Numbered from the stretch's first letter, positions 28,388 to 37,638 are shown. The stretch is 64,000 nt of DNA from Chthonomonadales bacterium (GCA_037443035.1 JBBIPC010000004.1:121602-185601); one strand, 5' to 3'. The notes: a model not told the origin generated them from the letters alone. Numbers and translations are program-made.

Positions 28388-29265
28388 GCGGTCTGATCGC
28401 TGTACAGCGTGGGTCTGTCGCAGCGGTGTTGCTCGCCGTCAGCGCCGCGGCGTCCGCGACTCCCCTCTCGGCCGTGGATGGAAGAGACGTCCGCGTCACT
28501 CTGCCCGGACCACCCAAGCGCATCGTCTCGCTGTCTCCGGCAGTTACGGAGACCCTCTTTGCCATTGGTGCAGGACGTCGCGTGGTCGGAGTGACGAAAT
28601 ACTGCGACTATCCGGCCGAAGCGCGGCGCCTGCCTAAGATCGGCGACTACAACACGAGCATCGAGAAAGTCATGGCCATACATCCCGACCTGATCGTCGC
28701 CGATGTGGAAGCCAACCGACGCGCCATCGCAGATCTGACTAGGCAAACCAGCTTGAAGGGGAAAGTGTTCGCATTGCGGCAGAGAAGCTTCGCCGAGCTG
28801 TTCAGCGCTATAGGAAGTCTCGGCCGCATAACGGGTTGTGAACCTGGCGCAGTCAGCGTGGTCAATCGTATTCGTGGCACGTTGCTTGCCGTCAAGCAAC
28901 GCGTCCAACGAGCACGCACCGAGCCGCGCGTACTGTTCGTTGTGCAGACGCAACCTCTCTGGGTGGCCGGCGGCAGCACGTTTATCAGCGAGATGATCGA
29001 GGCGGCAGGAGGGATGAACATAGGTCGCAAAGCCGGCAGTGGGTTCCGATCGCTGGGTATCGAACAGCTCATCGCCCTCGATCCGGAGGTCATCCTGACA
29101 ACCCACGCTTCGCCCGAAGAACTCCAGCACCGGCCGGGCTGGGCGGCGGTGACAGCTGTGCGGACCCGGCGGGTCTACGTCGTCGGCTTCGAAGCCGTGC
29201 GCCCATGTCCACGCCTGGGCGAAGCTGTGCGCCGGATCGCTGCTCTGCTACATCCGGAGCGTTGA
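28384..29265 (+). CDS. btuF: Cobalamin ABC transporter periplasmic binding protein (BtuF family)
   Basis: Signal peptide ending in ASA; RIVSLSPAVTETLFAIG, VGVTKYCDYP, STFISEMIEAAGG.N, EQLIALDPEVI, RP.PRL. Confidence 0.82.
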   Translation: MSGLIAVQRGSVAAVLLAVSAAASATPLSAVDGRDVRVTLPGPPKRIVSLSPAVTETLFAIGAGRRVVGVTKYCDYPAEARRLPKIGDYNTSIEKVMAIHPDLIVADVEANRRAIADLTRQTSLKGKVFALRQRSFAELFSAIGSLGRITGCEPGAVSVVNRIRGTLLAVKQRVQRARTEPRVLFVVQTQPLWVAGGSTFISEMIEAAGGMNIGRKAGSGFRSLGIEQLIALDPEVILTTHASPEELQHRPGWAAVTAVRTRRVYVVGFEAVRPCPRLGEAVRRIAALLHPER

Positions 29266-29328
29266 GCCTCGTTTCCGGCATCAGGCATTCCGTCCGCCAG
29301 AGGGCCGTGGTTCGCGAGCAGGGGTCCG

Positions 29329-29337
29329 TGCTACAAT
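29329..29337 (+). promoter_or_regulatory. Extended -10 promoter for the aldolase-sorE-srlD operon
   Basis: TGcTACAAT upstream of RBS GAGGTG. Confidence 0.5.
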
Positions 29338-29374
29338 AGGTTGTTGTAGCGAACGCACCGAGGTGGCCTATCCC

Positions 29375-30148
29375 ATGCACGACGCGCCCGACATCCTCGA
29401 CGAACTAGTCCTTCTTTCCCGTTACCTGGGTGACCCAGCGAATGACCTGGCGATTCTTGGAGAAGGGAATACCTCCGCCAAGTTCGACAGTGAGACGTTC
29501 TTGGTAAAGAAGAGCGGCGCAGGGCTGGCCGAATCCGCAAGGGACAGCTTCGTACAGGTTCGGTTCGCGCCCATCTTGGAAGCGCTAGACGGGCCTGAAC
29601 TGTCCGATGCTGCGGTGAAAGACGTCCTCCTCGCCGGGCGCGTCGGCTGCACGGGCGAAAGTCCTCGCCCATCGGTCGAGACGTTTCTCCATGCATATCT
29701 TCTCTCGCTGCCCGGTGTTCGCTTTGTCGGTCACAGCCATCCTACGGCCGTGAACGCCATCCTGTGCTCTCAACAAGCACGAGAGGCCGTGTCAGGCCGG
29801 CTCTTTCCCGATGAGATCGTCTGCTGCGGACCTGCTGTGTGCTTCGTCGAGTACACGGATCCTGGCATCGTGCTTGCGCGCGCACTCAGAGAAGCCGTGG
29901 AAGAGTATGTGAGTACGCACAACATGCCGCCGAAGGTCATCCTCATGCAGAATCACGGTCTCATTGCCACAGGCAGCAGTACGAAGGATGTCATCGCAGC
30001 GACTGCCATGTATGTGAAGACGGCGCGCGTCCTGCTCGGTACGTACGCTCTCGGGGGTCCGCGTTTTCTGACGCCTGCGCAAGTTGCACGTATACATACG
30101 CGTCCAGACGAGTACTACCGCAAGAAGCAAATCGCGGAACAGCAATGA
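29375..30148 (+). CDS. Class II aldolase/adducin family protein (similar to the aldolase domain of RhaD/RhaEW-type enzymes)
   Basis: GEGNTSAK, PSVETFLHA, VGHSHP, FPDE, MQNHG metal/phosphate motifs. Start ATG 29375 (or GTG 29363). Confidence 0.85.
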   Translation: MHDAPDILDELVLLSRYLGDPANDLAILGEGNTSAKFDSETFLVKKSGAGLAESARDSFVQVRFAPILEALDGPELSDAAVKDVLLAGRVGCTGESPRPSVETFLHAYLLSLPGVRFVGHSHPTAVNAILCSQQAREAVSGRLFPDEIVCCGPAVCFVEYTDPGIVLARALREAVEEYVSTHNMPPKVILMQNHGLIATGSSTKDVIAATAMYVKTARVLLGTYALGGPRFLTPAQVARIHTRPDEYYRKKQIAEQQ

Positions 30149-30166
30149 TAGACATGGAGCGTGAAC

Positions 30167-31882
30167 ATGGATAAGCTCGAGGAATACAAGTCCGGCCGAG
30201 GCCCGATCCCTCGTCGCATGCTGAAGTGGTTCTTGTACGGCCAGGGCATCGAGAGTCTCAAGATCGCCGAGGTGGCGGTGCCGGAGATCGGTCCGGATGA
30301 GATACTGGTCCGCCAAGACGCCAACGGCCTGTGCTTCTCCGACACCAAGGTCATTGCGCTTGGCAACAACCATCCACGCATGCAAGGTCGCGATCTTGCG
30401 ACGGATCCCGCGACACTCGGCCACGAGGTCGCTGTCACCGTTGTCAAGGTTGGAGAGAATCGCAAGGCCATGTTCTCCGTCGGCGATCGCTTCATCGTCC
30501 AAGCTGACGTCTTCTACAAGGGCGTCTCCATGGCCTATGGCTACGCCATATCGGGCGGCCTTGCACAGTACAGCGTCATACCGACGCCCATGATAGATGG
30601 CGATGAAGGCTGCTACTTGCTGCCCGTCGCTAGAGATACCGGTTACGCCGAGACCGCTCTCGTCGAACCGTGGGCCTGCGTCGTGGGAGCCTACAACCAG
30701 TCTCACAGAGGCGGGCCCGCGCCAGACGGTCATATGCTCATCCTGGCAGGCGAAGGTGCTTCCCACGTCGATCTCGCACCGCTATTAAGCAAGACCACAC
30801 AGTTTCGCTCCCTTGTCATCGTGGGACCAGCATCGGCCGAGCTTGCACCAATGGTGACCGCAGAAAGGCTCGGCCATGTGGAGGATTGGGCGGCTCTCAA
30901 GGCGAGACGAACCGGCGACCACGGGTTCGACGATATTCTCGTGCTGGGCGAAGTGGCCCCCCAGCAGGTCGAGGAGGCGGCCGCGCTTCTGGCCAACCAC
31001 GGGATCGTGAACTTCACCGGGCCCTACCGGTTCGCGCGAAACCTCACACTCGACATTGGGCGGATTCACTACAACTGGCATCACTATGTCGGCACCACGA
31101 GCCTGAACCCGCTGGACGCATACCAGGAGAACCGTGGTGCTGATCTCAAGCCCGGCGGGGCAGCGTGGTTCATCGGTGCGGGCGGCCCCATGGGTCAGAT
31201 GCACGTGCAGCGCGCCGTCATGCACCCGAACCCTCCGGCCGTAGTCGTGGGGACCGATATTGACGCAGGCAGGCTCGCCACTCTCGTGGACAGGTACAGC
31301 CAGACGGCTCGACGGCGTGGCACCCGACTGATCGCCCTGAATCCGAAGGAGATGTCCCCGCAGGAGTTCGACAGCCGTCTGCGCGAGGTGTCGGGTGGCG
31401 GTTTCGATGATATTGTGTCGCTCGTGCCTGTGCCGGCGCTCATCGAACATGCCACGGGGTTCCTTGCCGATGGCGCCTGGTTCAACGTTTTTGCCGGTGT
31501 CGCCCGAGGCACCATGGCGTCCATCAATGTCAATGACATCCGCGAGAGACGTGTGCGGTACGTGGGAAGCAGCGGTTCATCCATCGCAGACATGAAGCAG
31601 ACCCTCGCCATGGTGGAGAGCGGCGAGCTTTCCACGAATGCATCGCTGGCCGCCATCGGCGGTATGCGCGCAGCAGCCGAAGGACTGGCAGGCGTCCGCG
31701 ACGGACGTTTCCCCGGCAAGACCCTGATCTTCCCGCTCATCGAAGATATGCCGCTCATGGCACTGACACAGCTCAAGGATGTCTATCCAACCGTTTGCGC
31801 CAAGCTCGCAGACGGTAAGTTCTGGACTCGTGAGGCCGAGGACGAGCTATTCCGTCTCACGATCGCGAGGGAGGGTGAATGA
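30167..31882 (+). CDS. Zn-dependent medium-chain dehydrogenase, L-sorbose-1-phosphate reductase (SorE)-like, with a duplicated Rossmann domain
   Basis: LCFSD.K, LGHE, RFIVQA, LVEP.ACVVGAY, GAGGPMG, TDID..RL, GFDD. About 570 aa, longer than a typical member. Confidence 0.75.
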   Translation: MDKLEEYKSGRGPIPRRMLKWFLYGQGIESLKIAEVAVPEIGPDEILVRQDANGLCFSDTKVIALGNNHPRMQGRDLATDPATLGHEVAVTVVKVGENRKAMFSVGDRFIVQADVFYKGVSMAYGYAISGGLAQYSVIPTPMIDGDEGCYLLPVARDTGYAETALVEPWACVVGAYNQSHRGGPAPDGHMLILAGEGASHVDLAPLLSKTTQFRSLVIVGPASAELAPMVTAERLGHVEDWAALKARRTGDHGFDDILVLGEVAPQQVEEAAALLANHGIVNFTGPYRFARNLTLDIGRIHYNWHHYVGTTSLNPLDAYQENRGADLKPGGAAWFIGAGGPMGQMHVQRAVMHPNPPAVVVGTDIDAGRLATLVDRYSQTARRRGTRLIALNPKEMSPQEFDSRLREVSGGGFDDIVSLVPVPALIEHATGFLADGAWFNVFAGVARGTMASINVNDIRERRVRYVGSSGSSIADMKQTLAMVESGELSTNASLAAIGGMRAAAEGLAGVRDGRFPGKTLIFPLIEDMPLMALTQLKDVYPTVCAKLADGKFWTREAEDELFRLTIAREGE

Positions 31883-32670
31883 AGCGTCTAGAGAACCGTG
31901 TAGCCATTGTCACGGGTGCTGCCCAAGGACTGGGTGAGGCAATTGCACATCGCCTAGCCGCGGAGGGATGCCGTGCCGTGACGGTCGCGGACATGAACTA
32001 CGCCAAGGCGCTTTCTGTTGCCGAAGCGATCAAGAGTACCCATGGGTGCCAAGCGATCGCCACGCATACGGACGTGACGAACGAGGAGCAAGTAGCAGCC
32101 ATGGTGGGCGCGACTCGCGAGGCATTCGGCAGCGTGGACATTCTGGTAGCGAATGCAGGCATCCTCATTGCCAAGGACATCCTCGAGTTCGAGCCACACC
32201 TATGGCGCAAGGTCATTGACGTGAACCTTGTAGGGTACTTCCTCTGCGCCCAGGCCGCAGCACGCGTGATGGTCGAGCAGAAGAGCGGCGTCATCATCCA
32301 GATCAACTCCAAGTCCGGCAAGAAAGGCAGCTTTCGCAACAGCGCCTACGCCTCCAGCAAGTTCGGCGGCATTGGTCTGACCCAGAGCATTGCGTTGGAT
32401 CTCGCGCCGCATGGCATTCGCGTCAATGCAGTCTGCCCTGGCAACCTCCTCGATGGCACGCTGTGGCAAGAGAGCCTCTACGAGCAGTATGCTCGTACGC
32501 AGGGTCTGACCGTGGAAGAGGTCCGGCGTAAGTATGAGAGTCAGGTCCCGCTGGGACGCGGGTGCACCTATGACGACGTAGCCAATGTGGTGGTCTTCCT
32601 GTGCTCTGACGAAGCTTCCTACATGACCGGACAGGCCATCAACGTCACTGGCGGACAGGAGATGCGCTAG
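31879..32670 (+). CDS. srlD: Sorbitol-6-phosphate 2-dehydrogenase (SDR)
   Basis: TGAAQGLG, IQINSKSGK.GS..NSAY.SSKFG, GNLLD, QYA..G...EEV...Y...VPL.RGC.Y.DV, TGQAINVTGGQ. Confidence 0.85.
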   Translation: MKRLENRVAIVTGAAQGLGEAIAHRLAAEGCRAVTVADMNYAKALSVAEAIKSTHGCQAIATHTDVTNEEQVAAMVGATREAFGSVDILVANAGILIAKDILEFEPHLWRKVIDVNLVGYFLCAQAAARVMVEQKSGVIIQINSKSGKKGSFRNSAYASSKFGGIGLTQSIALDLAPHGIRVNAVCPGNLLDGTLWQESLYEQYARTQGLTVEEVRRKYESQVPLGRGCTYDDVANVVVFLCSDEASYMTGQAINVTGGQEMR

Positions 32671-32687
32671 CGGCGCCGTGACGAGCA

Positions 32688-34085
32688 ATGCCACGCTCCC
32701 AGTCCCGCTATGTCTGTGCAGAGTGCGGCCACGTTGCGTCGCGGTGGCTGGGGCGCTGCCCTGAGTGCCAGGCGTGGAATAGTCTCACAGAAGAAGCCAT
32801 ACCCCATCCTCGCTCGTCGCAGGTTACAGGACGCAAGTCCCCTTCTCCCTCTTCGGCCCCTCAGCCAGTCGTCGCCATCGGGCGCGAAGCGGAGACAAGA
32901 GTCTCGTCGGGCATCGGCGAGATGGATCGTGTGCTCGGAGGCGGAATCGTCAGCGGTTCTGTCGTCTTGGTTGGCGGAGATCCAGGCATCGGTAAGTCCA
33001 CCCTCCTGACACAGGTAGGCCATCGCGTGGCCTCCAGCTCTGACGCCGGCCACGCCAGCGTCCTCTACATAACCGGAGAGGAGAGCCCACGACAGCTTCG
33101 TCTTCGCTGCGAGAGGCTCCGTGCCGTGAGCGATCGGTTCCTCGTTGTAGGCGAGACGGCGATCGACTCGATCGTTCATCACATACTCGCTGTGAGACCG
33201 CTGATGGTAGTTGTCGACTCTGTGCAGACGACTTTCGACCCATCCCTGGAGTCGGCACCCGGAACCGTAAGCCAGGTCCGCAATGCGGCGGCGACCCTGG
33301 CTACCCTTGCGAGAAATGAAGGTCTGTGTGTGTTTCTCGTGGGACACGTTACGAAGGAGGGGGTCCTAGCTGGCCCACGGGTATTGGAGCACATGGTGGA
33401 TACGGTGCTCTATTTCGAGGGTGACCGCCACCAGGCATATCGTGTCCTCCGCGCTGTGAAGAATCGCTTCGGTCCAACGGACGAACTCGGTCTCTTCGAG
33501 ATGCGGGATGATGGTCTGCAGGAGGTCGTCAACCCTTCGGCTGCCTTTCTGGCCGAGCGGTCTGCCAACGCCTCAGGGTCAGCCGTGGCGGCTACCATGG
33601 AGGGGACGCGGCCTCTCTTGGTAGAGGTTCAAGCTCTCGTGACGCGCTCGTTCCTCTCCAGCCCACGCCGTGTGATCAACGGGCTGGACTATAATCGTGC
33701 CAACATGATCATGGCCGTGCTCGAAAAGAGGCTGGGGCTGCGCCTGGGCGAGCACGACGTGTTTCTGAACGTCGCGGGTGGTGTGCGTGTCACCGAGCCT
33801 GCATCTGACCTCGCCGTCGCCGTGGCCATTGCGTCCAGCTACCGCGACAGTCCTGTGGACTCGGAGACGGTGATCATCGGCGAGGTCGGCTTGGGGGGAG
33901 AGGTGCGCTCCGTCTCCCATGGCGACCGGCGCATCCGAGAGGCGAAGCGGCTGGGCTTTCGGCGTGCTCTCGTACCGAGGAGCAGCAAGGTCGGCGACAC
34001 GGCATCGGTTGTCTTGCACCGCATCCGCAATGTCTTCGAAGCGGTGGAAATCAGCCTCAGGACGGTTGAAGGAGAGGCGTCATGA
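32688..34085 (+). CDS. radA: DNA repair protein RadA/Sms
   Basis: Zn finger CAECG...CPEC, Walker A GGDPGIGKST, KNRFG motif, Lon-like C-terminal domain. Confidence 0.96.
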   Translation: MPRSQSRYVCAECGHVASRWLGRCPECQAWNSLTEEAIPHPRSSQVTGRKSPSPSSAPQPVVAIGREAETRVSSGIGEMDRVLGGGIVSGSVVLVGGDPGIGKSTLLTQVGHRVASSSDAGHASVLYITGEESPRQLRLRCERLRAVSDRFLVVGETAIDSIVHHILAVRPLMVVVDSVQTTFDPSLESAPGTVSQVRNAAATLATLARNEGLCVFLVGHVTKEGVLAGPRVLEHMVDTVLYFEGDRHQAYRVLRAVKNRFGPTDELGLFEMRDDGLQEVVNPSAAFLAERSANASGSAVAATMEGTRPLLVEVQALVTRSFLSSPRRVINGLDYNRANMIMAVLEKRLGLRLGEHDVFLNVAGGVRVTEPASDLAVAVAIASSYRDSPVDSETVIIGEVGLGGEVRSVSHGDRRIREAKRLGFRRALVPRSSKVGDTASVVLHRIRNVFEAVEISLRTVEGEAS

Positions 34086-34957
34086 TCGCAGGGGCAGACA
34101 ATGCACCGACAATCGAGCGGTTCATTCTCGAAGCCGTCGTCAGGAATGCGTTGTTGGAAGATATCGGAACTGGCGACGTCACGACAAACGCTGTAGTGCC
34201 ACCCGATCTCAGGGCCGTGGGTGAGATCGAGATGGGATCGGAAGGAGTAGTGGCGGGGTTGCCGGTCGTCGAGGAAGTCTTTCGACAGTTGGATCCTGGC
34301 ACCACCTTGCAGCGGCTGGTCCAAGACGGTGCAGTCGTCCGCCGAGGAGATATCGTGGCTCGTGTCGAAGGTGCGGCGCGCTCGGTGCTGACGGGCGAAC
34401 GCGTGGCACTGAACTTCCTGCAGCGGATGTCCGGTATCGCAACGCTTACCGCGGCCTATGTTCAGCAGGTTGCAGGGACCAGGGCGTTCATCACCGACAC
34501 GCGCAAGACAACCCCCGGATTGCGCGCCCTCGAGAAGTACGCCGTCCGGATCGGCGGTGGCCATAACCATCGCATGGGCTTGGGCCACGCCGTCCTCATC
34601 AAGGATAACCATATTGTGGCAGCCGGCGGTATCCGCGAGGCTGTTGCACGCGCCACCCGCGCTACGGCACATACGATGACCGTCACGGTGGAGTGCGAAA
34701 GCCTGGACCACGTTCGGGAGGCCCTGGAGGCCGGAGCCGACATCCTGCTGCTGGACAACATGTCGGATGAGATACGCAAGGAGGCGGTCGCCATGGTTGG
34801 GGGTCGTGCGATCACAGAGGCATCGGGTGGCGTTACGCTCGACAATGTGGCTTCGGTCGCAGCTTCGGGGGTGGACTGCATCTCCATCGGCGCCTTGACG
34901 CACTCCGCGCCCGCTCTGGATATTCGGTTGAACCTATCGCTGGTGCAGATGCAGTGA
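34082..34957 (+). CDS. nadC: Nicotinate-nucleotide pyrophosphorylase (quinolinate phosphoribosyltransferase)
   Basis: ED...GDVTT, ER.ALN, DTRKTTPGLR, NHRMGL, IKDNH, LLDNM, EASGG. Confidence 0.96.
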   Translation: MIAGADNAPTIERFILEAVVRNALLEDIGTGDVTTNAVVPPDLRAVGEIEMGSEGVVAGLPVVEEVFRQLDPGTTLQRLVQDGAVVRRGDIVARVEGAARSVLTGERVALNFLQRMSGIATLTAAYVQQVAGTRAFITDTRKTTPGLRALEKYAVRIGGGHNHRMGLGHAVLIKDNHIVAAGGIREAVARATRATAHTMTVTVECESLDHVREALEAGADILLLDNMSDEIRKEAVAMVGGRAITEASGGVTLDNVASVAASGVDCISIGALTHSAPALDIRLNLSLVQMQ

Positions 34958-35733
34958 ACCAGGGCGGTCCTCGAATCCGTCAGATGGAGGACGGTACCTA
35001 CCTCCTAGAGTTCGAGCAAGTAGACTCGACTCAACTGGAGGCGCGTCGCAGGCGGCAGCGTGGTGAGGTAAAGCTCCTAGGCGTGCGCGCCGATTACCAG
35101 ACCGCTGGACACGGCCGCCGTGGAGCCATGTGGCATGCGCCACCGCGTGAGGCACTGCTGGTTACCTATCTCGCCGATGGCATTGCGTCGGACGCCAGCT
35201 CTCAGGCTTTGCTCGCCATGGCAGCAGGCATTGCAGTGGCACGGGCAATTCGCGACATTACTGCGCTCGAAGCCTCTGTTCGCTGGCCAAACGACATTCT
35301 CGTGGGTGATCGGAAGGTTGGCGGCGTGGTCATCGAGATGTTTCCCGCCGTGGACCAGGGCGACGTTCGAACAATGGTTGCCGCCATCGGCATTGGTGTC
35401 AATGTGAACGTTGCGACGTGGCCCGACCATCTCAGCCGCACGGCCACGTCTCTCTATCAGGCGAGCGCGCGGCTGTGGCCCATCGAAGCCGTGGAAGCCT
35501 CGGTGCGCACGGCGCTCTGGCCGCTTGTGCGGCGGATCAGCCGAGGCGAGAGAGCAAAGGTACTGGAACTCTGGCGCCGCTGGGACAGCACAGCCGGCGT
35601 GCGATACGAGTACCCTACTGTCGGTGGTTCAGAAGTTGGCGTGGCTGCCGCCGTCACGGACAAAGGGGAGTTGGTGCTCCGGCTTCCTAACGGAAGGGAG
35701 ATAGCGGTGGTACAGGCACGCCATCTGCCCTAG
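34954..35733 (+). CDS. birA: Biotin-protein ligase without the HTH repressor domain
   Basis: VDSTQ, QTAGHGRRG..W, RWPND, KVGGVVIE, GIGVNVN. Confidence 0.88.
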   Translation: MNQGGPRIRQMEDGTYLLEFEQVDSTQLEARRRRQRGEVKLLGVRADYQTAGHGRRGAMWHAPPREALLVTYLADGIASDASSQALLAMAAGIAVARAIRDITALEASVRWPNDILVGDRKVGGVVIEMFPAVDQGDVRTMVAAIGIGVNVNVATWPDHLSRTATSLYQASARLWPIEAVEASVRTALWPLVRRISRGERAKVLELWRRWDSTAGVRYEYPTVGGSEVGVAAAVTDKGELVLRLPNGREIAVVQARHLP

Positions 35734-36356
35734 GCGCCCGACGTCTCTTGCCCGTACCAGTCCAGCAGAACTTGGCGAATGCAAGCAAGGGCTTTGCCGC
35801 GGTGGCTGATAGTGTGTTTCTCGGCCGGCGTCAGCTCTGCCATGTGGCGACCCAGCTCAGGTAGGAAGAAGATCGGGTCATAGCCGAAGCCATAGGCACC
35901 CTTTATCTCGCGAGCGATGCGTCCCTCACAGACGCCCCAACACACATGCTCTCGTCCTGACGGCTCGACAATCGCGACGGCAGCCCGGAACCTGCAGGTG
36001 CGCTGATCATCGGGCACGTCCGCCATGAGGCGGAGGATGCGTGCCATCTTGTCAGGGAATGGCGTGTCCACGCCAAGAAACCGGTGGGAGTGAACGCCGG
36101 GTTGTCCCCCGAGCGCGTCTATCTCCAGACCGGCATCGTCGGCAACGGACGGCAGGCCGGTGACCCTGGCGACGGCACGCGCCTTGATGAGTGCGTTCTC
36201 ATCGTAAGTGCATCCATCCTCTGCGACGTCTTCGCCATTGGGATCCAGGTCCAAGAGCGACACGATGTCCCACCTTGGCGAGTCGAGGATCTCTGCCATT
36301 TCCCGTGCCTTCTTTGCGTTCCTGGTGGCGAGGACGAGCCGGAGTACTGTTTTCAT
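35730..36356 (-). CDS. rdgB: Non-canonical purine NTP pyrophosphatase (Ham1 family)
   Basis: ATRN.KK..E, ENALIKA, ADDAGL, FGYDPIF, SHRGKA. Confidence 0.95.
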   Translation of the reverse strand: MKTVLRLVLATRNAKKAREMAEILDSPRWDIVSLLDLDPNGEDVAEDGCTYDENALIKARAVARVTGLPSVADDAGLEIDALGGQPGVHSHRFLGVDTPFPDKMARILRLMADVPDDQRTCRFRAAVAIVEPSGREHVCWGVCEGRIAREIKGAYGFGYDPIFFLPELGRHMAELTPAEKHTISHRGKALACIRQVLLDWYGQETSGA

Positions 36357-36386
36357 CAGACGAGGGGATGGCCTCTGAGGCCGACG

Positions 36387-36797
36387 CTATCCCCGTCGAG
36401 CCTGATTGACGAAGTTCATGCGCAGCATGGCCACCAGATTGCGCAGCTCGCGTTGCGCACTTTCGTCCACGAGAGGCTCCACGTTCTCCGCGAGCGATGC
36501 CACTCCGTCTATGAGAATCTTGGCATCATCGAGATTCCGCTCCACCTTGTTCGTAACCGGGTCCTCCACGAGGCCAAGCGCAATCCAGGCGCCCTGCTGC
36601 AGGATGTCAATGCACATGAGGATGCGGTCGGCTGCCACCAGTCGCGGATGACGGCTAGCCTCCTCCTCCGCGTCCTTCTGGCCTGCACCACCAGCCGACG
36701 CCGCAGGACCAGCCGCCGATCTCTCGTCAGCTTCTCCAGCCGGTCGTGCCGTTCGGCGCTTGTCCACGAACTCGAAGTGTTCTTCTTCCTCAGGCAT
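36387..36797 (-). CDS. DUF1844-like protein
   Basis: F.FVDKRR N-terminus; AWIALG...DP......NL..AK..ID; L...L..LRMNFV. Confidence 0.75.
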   Translation of the reverse strand: MPEEEEHFEFVDKRRTARPAGEADERSAAGPAASAGGAGQKDAEEEASRHPRLVAADRILMCIDILQQGAWIALGLVEDPVTNKVERNLDDAKILIDGVASLAENVEPLVDESAQRELRNLVAMLRMNFVNQARRG

Positions 36798-36843
36798 GAG
36801 CCCCTCCTACGCAATCGCCTGGGATTGCGTCATACTGAGCGTT

Positions 36844-36871
36844 ATCATACCCACATGTGCGGTCTTCGCAA
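36844..36871 (-). promoter_or_regulatory. sigma70-type promoter for DUF1844-rdgB
   Basis: Minus strand TTGCGA, 16-nt spacer, TATGAT. Confidence 0.45.
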
Positions 36872-36885
36872 GAGGGAGAAGAAGG

Positions 36886-37638
36886 GTGCTTCTGACGGAA
36901 TTGGTAGGCTATCTCGATGAATACCTCCGCGTGCCGGAGACACCCGACCACCCGAAGGCGCACAACGGCCTGCAGGTGGCCGGCACCCGCGAGGTTGGCC
37001 GAGTCGCTCTAGCAGTAGACGCGTGCCTCGCGACAATACGCGAAGCCGTGGAGATGGGAGCCGATGTCCTTGTCGTCCACCACGGTCTCTTCTGGCAAGA
37101 TCCCGTCCCAATGACAGGCGCCGTCTACAATCGGCTACGACTGCTGTTCCAGTCCGGCATGGGACTGTATTCCTGTCATGCGCCCCTCGACGTGCATCCG
37201 GAGGTAGGTAACAACGCCGTTCTATGCCGGTTGCTCGGCATGGAGCCGTGCGGTACCTGGGCACCCTTCGAAGGAACTGACGTCGGGCTTCTCGCCGAGA
37301 CTGACACCACCACCAGCGAGCTTCGCACGCGCTTGGACGATCTGCTCGCCACCAACACGCGTCTGATCTCCGGCAACACAGACGCGGTCCGGAAGGTCGC
37401 AGTCCTGACAGGCAGCGGCGCCTCCTACGCCGCTGTGGCAGCCGACCTCGGATGCGACACTCTCATCACCGGCGAAGGCACACACCACAGCTACTTCGTG
37501 GCCGAGGAGTCCGGGATCAACCTGTTCCTGGCAGGCCACTACGCCACGGAGACGCTGGGACTCCGTGCTCTCGCGAGCCATCTCGAGTCCAGGCTAGGTC
37601 TGGAGTGCGTTTTCATAGACCACCCCACGGGTCTCTGA
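36886..37638 (+). CDS. Nif3-like dinuclear metal-centre protein (YbgI/DUF34)
   Basis: NGLQV, VHHGLFW, H.PLD.H...GNN, ITGE..H, GHYATE. GTG start at 36886. Confidence 0.92.
   Translation: MLLTELVGYLDEYLRVPETPDHPKAHNGLQVAGTREVGRVALAVDACLATIREAVEMGADVLVVHHGLFWQDPVPMTGAVYNRLRLLFQSGMGLYSCHAPLDVHPEVGNNAVLCRLLGMEPCGTWAPFEGTDVGLLAETDTTTSELRTRLDDLLATNTRLISGNTDAVRKVAVLTGSGASYAAVAADLGCDTLITGEGTHHSYFVAEESGINLFLAGHYATETLGLRALASHLESRLGLECVFIDHPTGL

Noticed and set aside
37594..37638. Convergent 3' overlaps (8166-8224, 35730-35733, 37594-37638)
   Set aside because: Short tail overlaps are common in compact GC-rich genomes and nothing else suggests a function.
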